64,000 nt of DNA, from positions 1 to 64,000 of the IMG/VR virus record IMGVR_UViG_3300036376_000009. One strand, 5' to 3'. Source of the stretch: a virus. Its lineage: Duplodnaviria; Caudoviricetes. The notes beneath the pieces are model-generated. The model saw nothing but the letters and a program-made list of their open reading frames with translations, made no database searches and was not told the origin of the DNA. Numbering within the stretch: position 1 is the stretch's first letter; every line of letters starts with the position of its first letter. The position numbers were made by a program, and so were the translations under genes. Positions 26,742-36,934 of the stretch are shown here, one piece after another.

Positions 26742-27257
26742 ATGCGATCGATGCTGCTTGTGGCGTGTGTGGCGGCGGCCGTTGCCGGCGGGTGTGGGCC
26801 GAAGGCCCGGGTCACGATGTTCGATCCCGCTGAGTACGAGCCCTACCTGAAGGCCGGCACGGGGTCGATTGAGGGCCAGGCGTTCATCCGGACTCAGGGC
26901 GGAGGCGTGGTCACCGCGGCTGGGCGCGGGGTGCACCTCAACCCAGCCACGGAGTACGCCCGGGAGTGGTACGAGTCGGCAGTGATCAATGGGGTGCCGC
27001 TGGAGACGGATCGTGACCAGGCGGCGGGAGCCGCGATTCGGGCCACGCGCCGTTCAACCATCGCTGACGCCTCGGGCCGCTTCCGCTTCGACGGCCTGCC
27101 CGCGGGCGAGTACTACATCACCTCCGAGATCTCCTGGGAGGTCCCGGTCGGCTACTACGGCGGCGGCGTCGCCTCGACCCGCACGGAGACCTACGGAGCC
27201 CACGCCAAGGTCACCGTCCAGGACGGCCAGGTCACCCGCGCCATCGTCACCCGCTGA
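26742..27257 (+). CDS. Lipoprotein (moron-like; carboxypeptidase-regulatory/transthyretin-like beta fold)
   Basis: AGGC lipobox; ADASGRFRFDGLPAGEYYI. Confidence 0.75.
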   Translation: MRSMLLVACVAAAVAGGCGPKARVTMFDPAEYEPYLKAGTGSIEGQAFIRTQGGGVVTAAGRGVHLNPATEYAREWYESAVINGVPLETDRDQAAGAAIRATRRSTIADASGRFRFDGLPAGEYYITSEISWEVPVGYYGGGVASTRTETYGAHAKVTVQDGQVTRAIVTR

Positions 27258-27317
27258 ACATCTCAACCCAGGCCATGGACGGCCGCCATCGCCCGCGCCC
27301 ACGCGGGTGGAGGCCGC

Positions 27318-27737
27318 TTGCTCAACATCGTGCTTCGGGCTCTTGGCCTGCGAGGCCGCGAGCCGCGCGTCGAGATCGGGATCGGGGATGACGCACGACG
27401 CCGCGCGGACCCGTGGACGGTGACGACGCGGTTCCCCGTCGTCGGCGTGGTGTACACCAACAAGGACGGAGGCTGCCGGCAGAGCGCCGTGGCCGATCTC
27501 CGGGAGGGAGATCGCCTCGACCTGATGCCGGACCCGGGCAACAAGGCCGATCCCAACGCCGTGGCCGTGTTGGCAGAGGGTCAGATCATCGGCTACGTCC
27601 CGCGTGAGCGCTGTCGGTCACTGCTGGCGCAGCTTCAGGCCGGGGAGGTGTTCTCGGTGGCCGTGGACAAGGTGTACCAGCGCAAGGACGGCAAGGTGGG
27701 CCTGACGGCGGTAGCGAGCCCTCGGGGGCGTAGGTAG
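27318..27737 (+). CDS. HIRAN domain protein
   Basis: VVGV...DPGNKADPNAVAV...IGYVPRE. Confidence 0.88.
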   Translation: MLNIVLRALGLRGREPRVEIGIGDDARRRADPWTVTTRFPVVGVVYTNKDGGCRQSAVADLREGDRLDLMPDPGNKADPNAVAVLAEGQIIGYVPRERCRSLLAQLQAGEVFSVAVDKVYQRKDGKVGLTAVASPRGRR

Positions 27738-27785
27738 TGACAGAGTGCTACGGGGTGAATTCAAACTGCGAAGACAGGAGCTTTC

Positions 27786-28013
27786 ATGGCCAAGTTCCAA
27801 GATCTGCTCGACCCGATCGTGAAGGAGATGTTCGAATCGGCGTGCGCCGAGGGCGTCAGCCCCGAGGTCGCGGCCTCGCTCATCACAGCCCACGTGCTCC
27901 GCGACGTCGAATCTCAGCTCGTCCACCTGCGGGAAGTCTGCACCCGGGTGGAGACGATCGAAGCTGCCGTACTCGCCATGCAGCCCTTGGTGCAGCAGAT
28001 CGCAAGCCGCTGA
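27786..28013 (+). CDS. Small hypothetical protein
   Basis: AGGAG SD. Confidence 0.6.
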   Translation: MAKFQDLLDPIVKEMFESACAEGVSPEVAASLITAHVLRDVESQLVHLREVCTRVETIEAAVLAMQPLVQQIASR

Positions 28014-28091
28014 GGGCGTGTCGGCCCTCGCCTGACCGCCGCCCGCCGGTAGTATCCGCCTGACCCCTCCTGTGCACGGGCGGGTTGGAGC

Positions 28092-28808
28092 GTGGCGGAC
28101 GCGATCTGGCCTGCGAGCCTCCCGCAGGCCCCACTGACAGCGAAGCTCTCCGGGGCCGACGAGCCCCGCGTGGTGTCGTTCTCGACCGAAACCGGGCCGC
28201 CGATCGTGCGCCGGCGCACCACCGCCCGCTGGGAGCGCTGGTCGATCGGCCTGCGGCTGACCAGGACGCAGCTCGCCACTCTCAACACGTTCTTCCGCGA
28301 CACCGTCCAGGCCGGGGCCCTCCCGTTCCAGTGGAAGAACCACGAGACCGGCAACCAGGTCGATTACCGCTTCGTCGGCGAGCCGCAGAAGCGGGCCAAC
28401 GCGCCGCGGAACGTCGCCGGCACCGACGTGTGGGACGTTGAGTTCGACGTCGTCACGGTCCCGGGCACGGAGGTCACCGGCAGCGAGCCGCCGCCGGACC
28501 CGCCGCCGGTCCCGCTCGTGCAGCTGGCGATGATGCCGCAGGACCCGCCCTGGCTCGAGCCGGCCGACGCCGACCTGGACGCGGGCGAGTATGTCACGCT
28601 CATCATCCGCGAGGCGGTCGCCGCGCCGCCCGACGTCGTTGTGTTCATCACGCAGATCCCGTTCGACCCGCCGACGGTCGAGGGCGAGGACGGCGGCGGG
28701 GACGCCGAGTTCGACCCGGTCTACGCGGGCGTGGGCGGGGGAAGCGGCGGGTACAAGGGTGGCACCGGCGCCGAGGGGCCGGGCGGCGGGGGCGAGGCCA
28801 GCAGCTGA
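28092..28808 (+). CDS. Distal tail protein-like with acidic extension
   Basis: AIWPASLPQ...TGPPIVRRR...FFRDT...GALPFQW. Confidence 0.75.
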   Translation: MADAIWPASLPQAPLTAKLSGADEPRVVSFSTETGPPIVRRRTTARWERWSIGLRLTRTQLATLNTFFRDTVQAGALPFQWKNHETGNQVDYRFVGEPQKRANAPRNVAGTDVWDVEFDVVTVPGTEVTGSEPPPDPPPVPLVQLAMMPQDPPWLEPADADLDAGEYVTLIIREAVAAPPDVVVFITQIPFDPPTVEGEDGGGDAEFDPVYAGVGGGSGGYKGGTGAEGPGGGGEASS

Positions 28809-28866
28809 GTCGTTTTACACACGCGCCCAGGACGGGCGACGGCTTTACACAAGGAGGGTTTCACGC

Positions 28867-29301
28867 ATGAGCGGGCTCAACATCAGCCACACCACCTCGC
28901 AGGCGATCGCGACCGGAACGTCGACCAAGACGATCCTCGAGTACACGGCGCCGGCCAACACCGGAGCACGCATCCGCCGGGCGCGGATCACGTTCGACGG
29001 GACGTCGCCCACCGGCCCGAAGGTCCTGACGCTCTTCCGCAAGGGGGCGACCACCGGCACAGGCACCAACCGTGCGCCGCTCAAGGTCAGCGGCCACACC
29101 GGGAGCGTGCAGGGCACGGGCAAGGAGAACTTCACCGTCGAGCCCTCGGGCGGCTCCGTGGTGCACTCCGAGCTCGCCCACCCACAGAACGGGTGCGAGA
29201 TGGCCCGCGAGGTCGTCCTCAACCCCGGCGAGACGTTCAACGTCGCGTGCAACGTCGGCACCGGCGTGAACGCCACCGTCACGCTCGACATCGAGGAATA
29301 A
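28867..29301 (+). CDS. Small virion beta-sandwich protein
   Basis: Thr/Gly-rich; AAGGAGG SD. Confidence 0.65.
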   Translation: MSGLNISHTTSQAIATGTSTKTILEYTAPANTGARIRRARITFDGTSPTGPKVLTLFRKGATTGTGTNRAPLKVSGHTGSVQGTGKENFTVEPSGGSVVHSELAHPQNGCEMAREVVLNPGETFNVACNVGTGVNATVTLDIEE

Positions 29302-29364
29302 GCCGGGGCAATCCGTGCATGAAAACAGCGTGGGCGTGAATAGACACCCACCCGGGACGCATAC

Positions 29365-29844
29365 GTGCGATCGCTTTCCTCCACAGCTCGCCGCGCCGTC
29401 TACGCCGCGAACACCGGCGAGGTCTTCGTCTTCCTGCTCACGCTGCGGCACCCGAGCTTCGCCGCCGACATCCTCGTGTGCTCCGACTCGGCCCGCGTGG
29501 TCAGCCTGGGCCGGACCTTCGAGCCCTTCCCGTTCCAGGTCTCGCTCGCGGACGAGACCGAGGACGCGCCGGCCCGCGTCGCGCTCACCATCGGGAACGT
29601 CGACCGCCGAATCGTCGAGGAGATCCGGCGCGTCCCCTCGGGGGCGGTCGAGGTGGTGGTCGAGCTGGTCCTGGCCTCGAGCCCGCAGACGCGCGAGGCG
29701 GGCCCGCTCACGTTCACGCTGCGGGACGTGCAGTACGACGCGCTGCAGGTCGATGGGGAGCTCGCGTTCGAGGACCTGCTGAACGAACCGTGGCCGGCGC
29801 ACACCATGACGCCCGGCCGCTTCCCCGGCATGTTCGCCGGGTAG
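29365..29844 (+). CDS. Tail tip protein (DUF1833-like)
   Basis: FLLTLRHP...FEPFPFQVSL...LTIGNVDR. Confidence 0.8.
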   Translation: MRSLSSTARRAVYAANTGEVFVFLLTLRHPSFAADILVCSDSARVVSLGRTFEPFPFQVSLADETEDAPARVALTIGNVDRRIVEEIRRVPSGAVEVVVELVLASSPQTREAGPLTFTLRDVQYDALQVDGELAFEDLLNEPWPAHTMTPGRFPGMFAG

Positions 29845-29854
29845 GAGGCTCGCC

Positions 29855-30136
29855 GTGATCGTCACGCTCCCGCGGGCCGCTGGCCTGCTCGTCAAGGGAA
29901 GCTGGATGCCCAGGCGGCTCTCGCTCGCGCCGGGCAAGCCGCGGCGGATGGTGGTCGTCGTGAGCTGCCACCGGTGCGGGACCGAGGCCCACATCAACCG
30001 CGAGGACCCCGAGTGCGGGCACGTCATCAACAGCCTGGGGCACGTCGCCCCCGCGCTGCAGTGCGAAGGGTGCGGCGCCGAGACGGTCGTTCGCCTCGAG
30101 GGGTACGGCCGGGGGCCGGGTGAAGAGTGCGGCTGA
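29855..30136 (+). CDS. Small Zn-finger protein
   Basis: CHRC...CEGC. Confidence 0.55.
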   Translation: MIVTLPRAAGLLVKGSWMPRRLSLAPGKPRRMVVVVSCHRCGTEAHINREDPECGHVINSLGHVAPALQCEGCGAETVVRLEGYGRGPGEECG

Positions 30137-33100
30137 CCGACACCCCGCCATCCTGGGCTCAGCGCTACGTCGGCGTCCCGTACGAGGAGCACGACTGCTG
30201 GGGGCTGGTCCGCCTGATCTACGCCCGCGAGCTCGGCGTGCTGCTGCCGTCGGTGCCCAACCCGCCGGCGCCGCTCTCCCCGGTGGACGAGATCGAGCGC
30301 CGCCGCGCCCTGCTCGTCCAGCACCGCGACCACTCCGGGCTGTGGAAGCGCGTCCCCCTGGCCGACATCGAGGTCGCGGACGTGTGGGTCGGGCGGGCCG
30401 CGGGATCCCCGCACGTGGGCGTGATGGTGGCGACGGGCTGGATGCTGCACAGCCTGGCCGGGACCGGGTGCTGCCTCGAGCGCGTGGCCGCCCTGAGCTG
30501 GGCCGGCCGGAACGACGGGTACTACCGCTTCGCCGGCCCCGTCCGCGTAACGGGCTCGCCGCGGCCGTTTCCCGGCCCCCAGGACGCCCGGATCGACACC
30601 CTGCTCCCGGTCGGGCTCTCGATCGCCGAGGCCCTGGCGGCCGCGGGCGTGGCCCCCTCGCCGCTGCTGCGCGTGTTCGTGGGCGACGTCGAGGTGCCGG
30701 CCGAGTACTGGCCCCGCGTCCGGCCCCGCCCCGGCCGGGTGATCACCGTGGCGGCGGTCCCCGCGGGCGGCGGCGGCGGCAAGACCGCCCTGCGGATCGT
30801 CACCACCCTCGCGCTGGTGGCCGCCGCCGCCGCCATCAACCCCGCCCTGGCGGGGGCCCTGGGCGGCGGGACGCTCGGCACCATCGGCGCCGCGGTCGTC
30901 ACCGGCGCGGGCGTGATGGCGGTCGGCCTGGGTCTGAACGCGCTGGCCCCGCCGCCCAAGCAGCGGCTGTCCGATCCGCAGGACCGCGTCAGCGCCACGG
31001 TGACCGGCACGCGCAACGAGCTGCGGGCCTACGGCGTGGTCCCCGCGGTCCTGGGCGCGCACCGCATCGCGCCCGTGTTCGCGGCCGTCCCCTTCAGCGA
31101 GACCGTCGGTGACGACCAGTACCTGCGCTGCCTGTTCATCGCCGGGTACGGGCCGCTCGAGCTCTCCGACATCCGCCTGGGGTCCACGCCGCTGTCGGAG
31201 TTCGAGGGCGTCGAGCTCGAGGTCCGCTCCGGCGCCGCCGGCGAGGACCCAATCCGGCTCTACCCGTCGACCGTCATCGAGGACGACCAGTCGGCGCTGC
31301 TGACCTACGACGCGTCGGGCGGGTGGGTGACGCGCCGGTCCGCCGCCAACGCCGACGAGCTCGCCGTCGAGGTCACCTTCCCCCAGGGCCTCGCCCGCGT
31401 GCGCCGCAACGGGGACCGCGAGAACTACACCGTCGCCGTCGAGGTCGAGTACTCGCCCGCCGGCGCCGGGGCCTGGACGCGGATCAACTCGGCCAGCCCG
31501 TCGTTCTACCGGCAGCTGGACTTCCTCAGCCGCACCCCCGAGTGCGTGTTCGGGGGAGCGACCGCCCACACCGCCCGGATCGCCTGGGGCACCGGCGCCG
31601 GGCTCACGCCCGACGCCCGCCCGGGGTACGTCCCCGGCGCCGGGTACAGCTGGGCGGTCGGCGGCTGGGTCTACGCCCCGACCGCGGGCACGTACACGTT
31701 CGCCATCGACGGCTCCGACGCGATCGACCTGCACGTGAAGGGACGCGAGGTCGTGAGCTGGTACGGCCAGCACGCGCCCGCGGGCGCGTGGCGCACGGGG
31801 GCGATCGACCTCGAGGCGGGGTGGCACGCCTTCCGCGTGCGCATGGAGTGCCGGCCCGGGCCCTGGCCCGACGGGGGCGCGATCGCGGTCGGCTGGCAGC
31901 GGCCCGGCGACGGGGCGATCGCGTACATCCAGCCCGCGAGCTTCCGCGACCTGGCGGGTGTTGACATGCAGCTCACCGTCAACTGGTTCGACCACTCGCA
32001 GTACGACTCTGTCCTGTCCACGACCGAGGCGCGGGTCGGTGACCCCATCCGTCGAACGCTCGCCTGGGCGGTCCCCCGCGGCGAGTACGACGTGCGCGTT
32101 CGACGCGTCACGCCCGAGTCGGCGGACTCGAACATCATCGAGGACGTGTACTTCACCAACCTCCGCACCGTCCGCGGCGAGGACCCGGTGCGGCTCGCGG
32201 GCCTGGCGAAGATCGCGCTGCGGATCAAGGCGAGCGACCAGCTGCAGGGGGTGGTGGACGATCTCAACTGCCTGGCCCGCTCGGTCGTTCCCGATTGGGA
32301 CGCCGCGGCCGGGGCCTGGGTGAACCGCGCCACGAGCAGCCCGGCGAGCCTGTACCGGTGGGTCCTGCAGGGGCCGGCGATCGCCAAGCCCATCGCCGAC
32401 GCCCGGATCGACCTGGCCGAGCTCGCGGCCTGGCACGGCGCGTGCGCGGAGAAGGGCCTCGAGTACAACGCGGTGATCGACTTCTCCGGCACCGTGCTCG
32501 AGCGGCTCGCGGAGATCGCCGCCGCCGGCCGCGCCAGCCCCGCCATGCGGGACTCGCTCTACACCGTCGCCCGCGACCGCGTGCTCTCCACGCCGGTGCA
32601 GCACCTCACCCCGCGCAACAGCGCCCGCTTCCGCGGACGCCGGGTGTTCGCGGACGTGCCGCACGCGCTGCGGGTCCGGTTCCTCAACCGCGACGTCGAC
32701 TACCAGCAGGACGAGCGGCTCGTGCTGGACGACGGCTACGTGGTCGACGGCGTCGACGCCTGGGGCAACCCCGCGCCCGGGCTCCCCGAGGCCACGGTGT
32801 ACGAGGTGCTCGAGCTGGCGGGCGTCACCGACCCGGCGCAGGCGTTCAAGCACGGCCGGTACCACCTGGCCACCATGCGTCTGCGATCTGAGATCTTCGA
32901 GCTCAGCGTCGGGGCCGAGCACCTGGTGTGTAACAGGGGCGATCTTGTGTTGGTCACGCACGACGTCCCGCTCATCGGCCAGGTCGGCGGGCGCGTCACC
33001 CGGCTCGTCACCGACAGCGGCGGCAACCTCGCCGCGGTCCGGCTCGACGAGCGCGTGTCCATGGAGGCGGGCCGCGGGTACCAGCTGCGGGTCCGCCTCG

Positions 33101-34863
33101 AGGACGGCACCAGCTTCGTCGCCCCCGTGCTGACCGAGCCGGGCGAGACCGACGAGGTCACGCTCGCCGGACCCCGCGCGCCCGGGTCCGCCTGGCCGGC
33201 GGTTGGGGACCTGGCGATGTTCGGGGAGTCGGGCCTCGAGTCCCGCGAGCTCGTCATCAAGAGCATCCGCATGGGCCAGGACCTCTCGGCCACGCTCGAG
33301 CTGGTCGACCACGCGCCGGGCGTGCACCAGGCCGACGTCGGGGCCATCCCCGCGTACACCAGCGGCATCACCCGCCCGCCCGTGTGGCGCGACGGGCCCG
33401 AGGACCCGGTGATCGAGAGCATCCAGTCCGACGACTGGGTGATGGTGCGCGACGCCGACGGCTCGCTGCAGCCGCGGATGGTGATCACCCTGCGGCGCCC
33501 CAGCGGCCGCAGCCCCAGGCCGGTGCAGGCCCAGGTCATCACCAGGCCGGTGCCGCCCGGGGACGTCGGGCCCGCGGGCCCCTGGTACTACCACCCGGTG
33601 CAGCCCCTGGAGAACCGGCGCGTCGCGGTCGCCAACGTCGAGGTCGGCGTCACGTACGAGATCCGTCTGCGGGTGTACGACGCCGCGGGCCGGGCCTCGC
33701 GCTGGGTCGACGCCGAGCACACCGTGGTCGGCAACGTGCTCCCGCCGCCGGACGTCGTCGCCTTCGACGTTGCGCGCATGGCCGACGGCACCCGGCGCTA
33801 CAGCTGGGACCTGGGGGAGATCCCGCCCGACGTCGCGGGCGTGCGGATCAAGTACCAGCCCGCGGCCGAGACGCAGGACTGGTCGCGGATGACCGCGCTG
33901 CACACCGGCCTGCTCGACGCCGCGAGCCCCCAGGAGCTCAACGTCCCGAGCCAGGGCGAGTGGCGCTTCGGGATCGTGATGGTCGACACGGCCGGCAACG
34001 AGTCCGCCAACCCGCTGTTCATCGTGAAGACCCTCGGCCGGGCCCGGCTCCCCAACTCGGTGTACACGTTCGACGGCCGGGTCGAGCGCTGGCCCGGCAC
34101 GCTCGAGGGGTGCTTCGTCAGCGAGCCCGGGCCCGTGCTCGAGGCGATCGACACCGCGACCTGGGACGGGCTCGCGGGCCAGGGGATCACGAGCTGGGAC
34201 CTGTGGAGCCGCTGGAACGTCCGGCCGGTCACGCCGATCGTGTACACGACCGAGGCGATCGACCTGGGCGCGGTGTTCCCGACCAGCCCGTCGATGGCGC
34301 TGGTCGCCAGCGGGGTGGCGACCGTCGAGTTCCGCTCGAGCAACGACGCGGAGGACTGGTCCGCGTGGCAGGCGTACGCCGCGGTCGAGGGCACGAGCGT
34401 CGAGGCCCGGTACCACCAGTGGCGGATCACCGTGGCGCACCAGCCGCCGGGCTTCCCGGTGCCGACCATCCGGGAGTTCGTGGCCGACGCGCTGGCGACG
34501 GCGATCGAGCAGGTGTTCACCGACCTGGATACGTTCTACCTCGGGCCCCCGTACCGCCTGGGCGTGGGCGACTTCCGGGTGCCGATCCAGGCCGACCGGT
34601 TCATCGCCATCCAGAGCGTGAACCTGACCTTCCGCGGCCAGGGCGCCGGCTACACGTACTCGCTCGAGGACGTCGACGCGGTGGTCGGGCCGCGGGTGGT
34701 GGTGTACGACTCCGACGACCAGCCGGCGGACGTCACGGTCGACGTCGTCGTCAGGGGCTTCGCGGGCGCCGCGGGCGGGTCGCGCGTGGCGGCCGGCGGC
34801 GAGGGTCAGTGGTACTTCAGGCTGCCCGCCAACAGCGGGCACCTGCTCACGGCGGGGTTCTAG
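30127..34863 (+). CDS. Fused NlpC/P60 + gpI-like + gpJ-like tail tip protein with PA14 insertion
   Basis: DCWGL...HVG...LH; gpI-like hydrophobic segment; gpJ motifs; PA14-like segment at about 31640-31950. Confidence 0.9.
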   Translation: MRLTDTPPSWAQRYVGVPYEEHDCWGLVRLIYARELGVLLPSVPNPPAPLSPVDEIERRRALLVQHRDHSGLWKRVPLADIEVADVWVGRAAGSPHVGVMVATGWMLHSLAGTGCCLERVAALSWAGRNDGYYRFAGPVRVTGSPRPFPGPQDARIDTLLPVGLSIAEALAAAGVAPSPLLRVFVGDVEVPAEYWPRVRPRPGRVITVAAVPAGGGGGKTALRIVTTLALVAAAAAINPALAGALGGGTLGTIGAAVVTGAGVMAVGLGLNALAPPPKQRLSDPQDRVSATVTGTRNELRAYGVVPAVLGAHRIAPVFAAVPFSETVGDDQYLRCLFIAGYGPLELSDIRLGSTPLSEFEGVELEVRSGAAGEDPIRLYPSTVIEDDQSALLTYDASGGWVTRRSAANADELAVEVTFPQGLARVRRNGDRENYTVAVEVEYSPAGAGAWTRINSASPSFYRQLDFLSRTPECVFGGATAHTARIAWGTGAGLTPDARPGYVPGAGYSWAVGGWVYAPTAGTYTFAIDGSDAIDLHVKGREVVSWYGQHAPAGAWRTGAIDLEAGWHAFRVRMECRPGPWPDGGAIAVGWQRPGDGAIAYIQPASFRDLAGVDMQLTVNWFDHSQYDSVLSTTEARVGDPIRRTLAWAVPRGEYDVRVRRVTPESADSNIIEDVYFTNLRTVRGEDPVRLAGLAKIALRIKASDQLQGVVDDLNCLARSVVPDWDAAAGAWVNRATSSPASLYRWVLQGPAIAKPIADARIDLAELAAWHGACAEKGLEYNAVIDFSGTVLERLAEIAAAGRASPAMRDSLYTVARDRVLSTPVQHLTPRNSARFRGRRVFADVPHALRVRFLNRDVDYQQDERLVLDDGYVVDGVDAWGNPAPGLPEATVYEVLELAGVTDPAQAFKHGRYHLATMRLRSEIFELSVGAEHLVCNRGDLVLVTHDVPLIGQVGGRVTRLVTDSGGNLAAVRLDERVSMEAGRGYQLRVRLEDGTSFVAPVLTEPGETDEVTLAGPRAPGSAWPAVGDLAMFGESGLESRELVIKSIRMGQDLSATLELVDHAPGVHQADVGAIPAYTSGITRPPVWRDGPEDPVIESIQSDDWVMVRDADGSLQPRMVITLRRPSGRSPRPVQAQVITRPVPPGDVGPAGPWYYHPVQPLENRRVAVANVEVGVTYEIRLRVYDAAGRASRWVDAEHTVVGNVLPPPDVVAFDVARMADGTRRYSWDLGEIPPDVAGVRIKYQPAAETQDWSRMTALHTGLLDAASPQELNVPSQGEWRFGIVMVDTAGNESANPLFIVKTLGRARLPNSVYTFDGRVERWPGTLEGCFVSEPGPVLEAIDTATWDGLAGQGITSWDLWSRWNVRPVTPIVYTTEAIDLGAVFPTSPSMALVASGVATVEFRSSNDAEDWSAWQAYAAVEGTSVEARYHQWRITVAHQPPGFPVPTIREFVADALATAIEQVFTDLDTFYLGPPYRLGVGDFRVPIQADRFIAIQSVNLTFRGQGAGYTYSLEDVDAVVGPRVVVYDSDDQPADVTVDVVVRGFAGAAGGSRVAAGGEGQWYFRLPANSGHLLTAGF

Positions 34864-34866
34864 CCG

Positions 34867-35529
34867 ATGGCCAACAACATCGCGGTCAAGGACGGCGGCG
34901 GGAACAACCAGACCGTCAAGACCACCGACACGTCGGGCGTCCACGTCCCGCATCACAACGTGGACGTCATCCCGCCGCTGGGCGCCACGGCCGACGCCGC
35001 GGCCGGCAGCGACACCGCGGACAGCTCCGCGATCGGGCTGATCAAGCGGGCCCTGCAGCACCTGACGACCGTGCTCGGCCGCCTCCCCGCGGCGCTGACC
35101 GCGGGCGGCGGCGTCAAGGCAGGCCTGGTCGACGCGGTCCCCACCGGCTCAAACCTGATCGGGGACGTTGCGCTCGGGGCCCGCACCACCGGCGGCCACT
35201 CGCTGCACCGCCTGCTCAGCGCCGCGAGCACCAACGCCACGAGCATCAAGGCCTCGGCCGGCAAGCTCTACGGGATCATGGCTTCGAACATCGGCGTCGC
35301 GCCCGCCTACGTGAAGTTCTACAACAAGGCGAGCTCGCCGACCGTGGGTTCCGACACGCCGATCATGACGATCATGGTGCCCGCCAACCAGGGCGGCATC
35401 GCACGCGAGCTGCTCATCGGCGTCCCGTTCGGGACCGGCCTGGCGATGGCCGTCACCGGGGGAGCCGCCGACGCGGACACCACCGCGGTCGCCGCCAACG
35501 AGGTCATCGTCCACACGCTGTACGCCTGA
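34867..35529 (+). CDS. Virion structural protein (fibre-region)
   Basis: TSIKASAGKLYG...KFYNKA...FGTGL beta-rich C-terminus. Confidence 0.7.
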   Translation: MANNIAVKDGGGNNQTVKTTDTSGVHVPHHNVDVIPPLGATADAAAGSDTADSSAIGLIKRALQHLTTVLGRLPAALTAGGGVKAGLVDAVPTGSNLIGDVALGARTTGGHSLHRLLSAASTNATSIKASAGKLYGIMASNIGVAPAYVKFYNKASSPTVGSDTPIMTIMVPANQGGIARELLIGVPFGTGLAMAVTGGAADADTTAVAANEVIVHTLYA

Positions 35530-35546
35530 GCCAGGAGGACCCGCAG

Positions 35547-35858
35547 ATGCCGACCATCGATCATCCCGCCGCGGTGCAGGCCGCCCAGGAGGCCCGCGAC
35601 CTGTGCAACCTGTACACGGCCATCGAGGCCCGAGCGTACGACTGGGCCATCCTCCGCTGGGAGGCGCAGGGCCTGGCCGCCGTCGTGCCCGCCACGAGCG
35701 ACCCGATCGCCGACGCCCAGACCACCACGGGCGCTGCGCCGATCACCGCCGACGACGTGCGGGCGGTGCGGGCGATCGCCGTGCAGATCATCCAGTCGAT
35801 GACGCCGGAGCAGAAGGCCCTGGTGAACCGGCTCCGCACCTACCGGGTCGGGGGCTGA
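35547..35858 (+). CDS. Small helical hypothetical protein
   Basis: AGGAGG SD, ATG 35547. Confidence 0.65.
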   Translation: MPTIDHPAAVQAAQEARDLCNLYTAIEARAYDWAILRWEAQGLAAVVPATSDPIADAQTTTGAAPITADDVRAVRAIAVQIIQSMTPEQKALVNRLRTYRVGG

Positions 35859-35864
35859 CCCAGC

Positions 35865-36899
35865 GTGCCGCTCCGCTCGTTCAACCCGGCTCTGCACCGG
35901 CGCATGGCGCTGAACGCCACCACGGTGGCGACCGTGGCGCTCGACGCCACCAACGACGGCGTCGGCGCCGTGCTCCAAGTCCCCAAAGCCGGCACGATCG
36001 ACCGCGTCGGCATCTACGCCAGCGCCGTGATCGGCGCACCCCCCACGTACCGCGTCGGCGTCGAGGGCCTGACCACCACCAGGCAGCCCAACGGCGTGTA
36101 CCTGGCGAGCGGCAGCGCGTACGTCGACGTCCCGTCCGTGAGCTGGTCGCCCGGCTGGTTCTGGTTCACGCTGGGAACGCCGGTGTCAGTCGCGGCCGGC
36201 GACCGCATCGCCGCCACCGCCCGGTACCAGACCGGCACGGTCAACGCGAGCAACTGCGTCACCGCCGGCTACGGGTTCAGCTCCACGCACCCCGCGGCCT
36301 ACGCCCGGCCCTTCGCCCTGCAGCTGGTGGCGGGGACCTGGTCCGCGGTGCGCGTCGCCCCGTTCGTGAGCGTGCGGTACACCGACGGCACCGTGGTCGG
36401 CTTCCCGATCTCGGCCGCGGCCACCACCGAGAGCTGGTCGAACGCCTCGAGCCCGCTGCACCTGGGCTGCGTGTTCACCCCGCCGGTGCGGTGCCGCCTG
36501 TCGGGAGCGGCTCTGGTGATCCGCCCGTCTGCGAGCTCGGACTTCGAAGTGCGCGCGTACGTGGGCGGAGCGTCCAGCCCGGCCAGGTCCGCGGCCGTCG
36601 ACGCGGACGTGGACTGGGCGAGCGCGACAACGACCGACCCCGGCGAGGTGGAGTTCGACCCGTTGATCCTCGAGCCCAACGTGCCGGTCCGCGTGGTCGT
36701 TACGCCGACGACCGCCAACGCCATCACCCAGCTGCAGCGGATCAACGTGCCCGACGCGGACTCGGCCGCCGCCTGGATGGGCGACCTGGTCAGCACGCGC
36801 AGCCCGTCGGTGCTCGCGTGGACCGACGACGTCACCAGGCTCTACCCGGTGTACCCCGTCATCGACCAGGTCGACGCCCAGCCCGGCGCGTACCTGTGA
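35865..36899 (+). CDS. Beta-rich virion protein, paralog of 61192-62241
   Basis: Shared Y(T/D)DGTVVG(F/Y)P and WTD motifs. Confidence 0.7.
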   Translation: MPLRSFNPALHRRMALNATTVATVALDATNDGVGAVLQVPKAGTIDRVGIYASAVIGAPPTYRVGVEGLTTTRQPNGVYLASGSAYVDVPSVSWSPGWFWFTLGTPVSVAAGDRIAATARYQTGTVNASNCVTAGYGFSSTHPAAYARPFALQLVAGTWSAVRVAPFVSVRYTDGTVVGFPISAAATTESWSNASSPLHLGCVFTPPVRCRLSGAALVIRPSASSDFEVRAYVGGASSPARSAAVDADVDWASATTTDPGEVEFDPLILEPNVPVRVVVTPTTANAITQLQRINVPDADSAAAWMGDLVSTRSPSVLAWTDDVTRLYPVYPVIDQVDAQPGAYL

Positions 36900-36900
36900 G

Positions 36901-36928
36901 TTGACGCGCCCGCGCCCGCGGGAAGTAT
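36901..36928 (+). promoter_or_regulatory. Promoter-like TTGACG-N16-AAGTAT
   Basis: Repeated motif; ATG 6 nt downstream. Confidence 0.7.
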
Positions 36929-36934
36929 CCGGGC

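Noticed and set aside
28030-28056. CTGACC...TAGTAT as another promoter copy
   Set aside because: The spacer is 12 bp instead of 16; only the -10 box matches.
28814-28851. TTTACACA direct repeat 30 bp apart
   Set aside because: Only two short copies and no matching -10 box; too weak to call.
28861-35061. 2066-aa minus-strand ORF, and similar long antisense ORFs such as 15568-18984 and 11734-14022
   Set aside because: These are shadows of GC3-rich sense genes: Arg/Gly/Pro-biased with no domain motifs.
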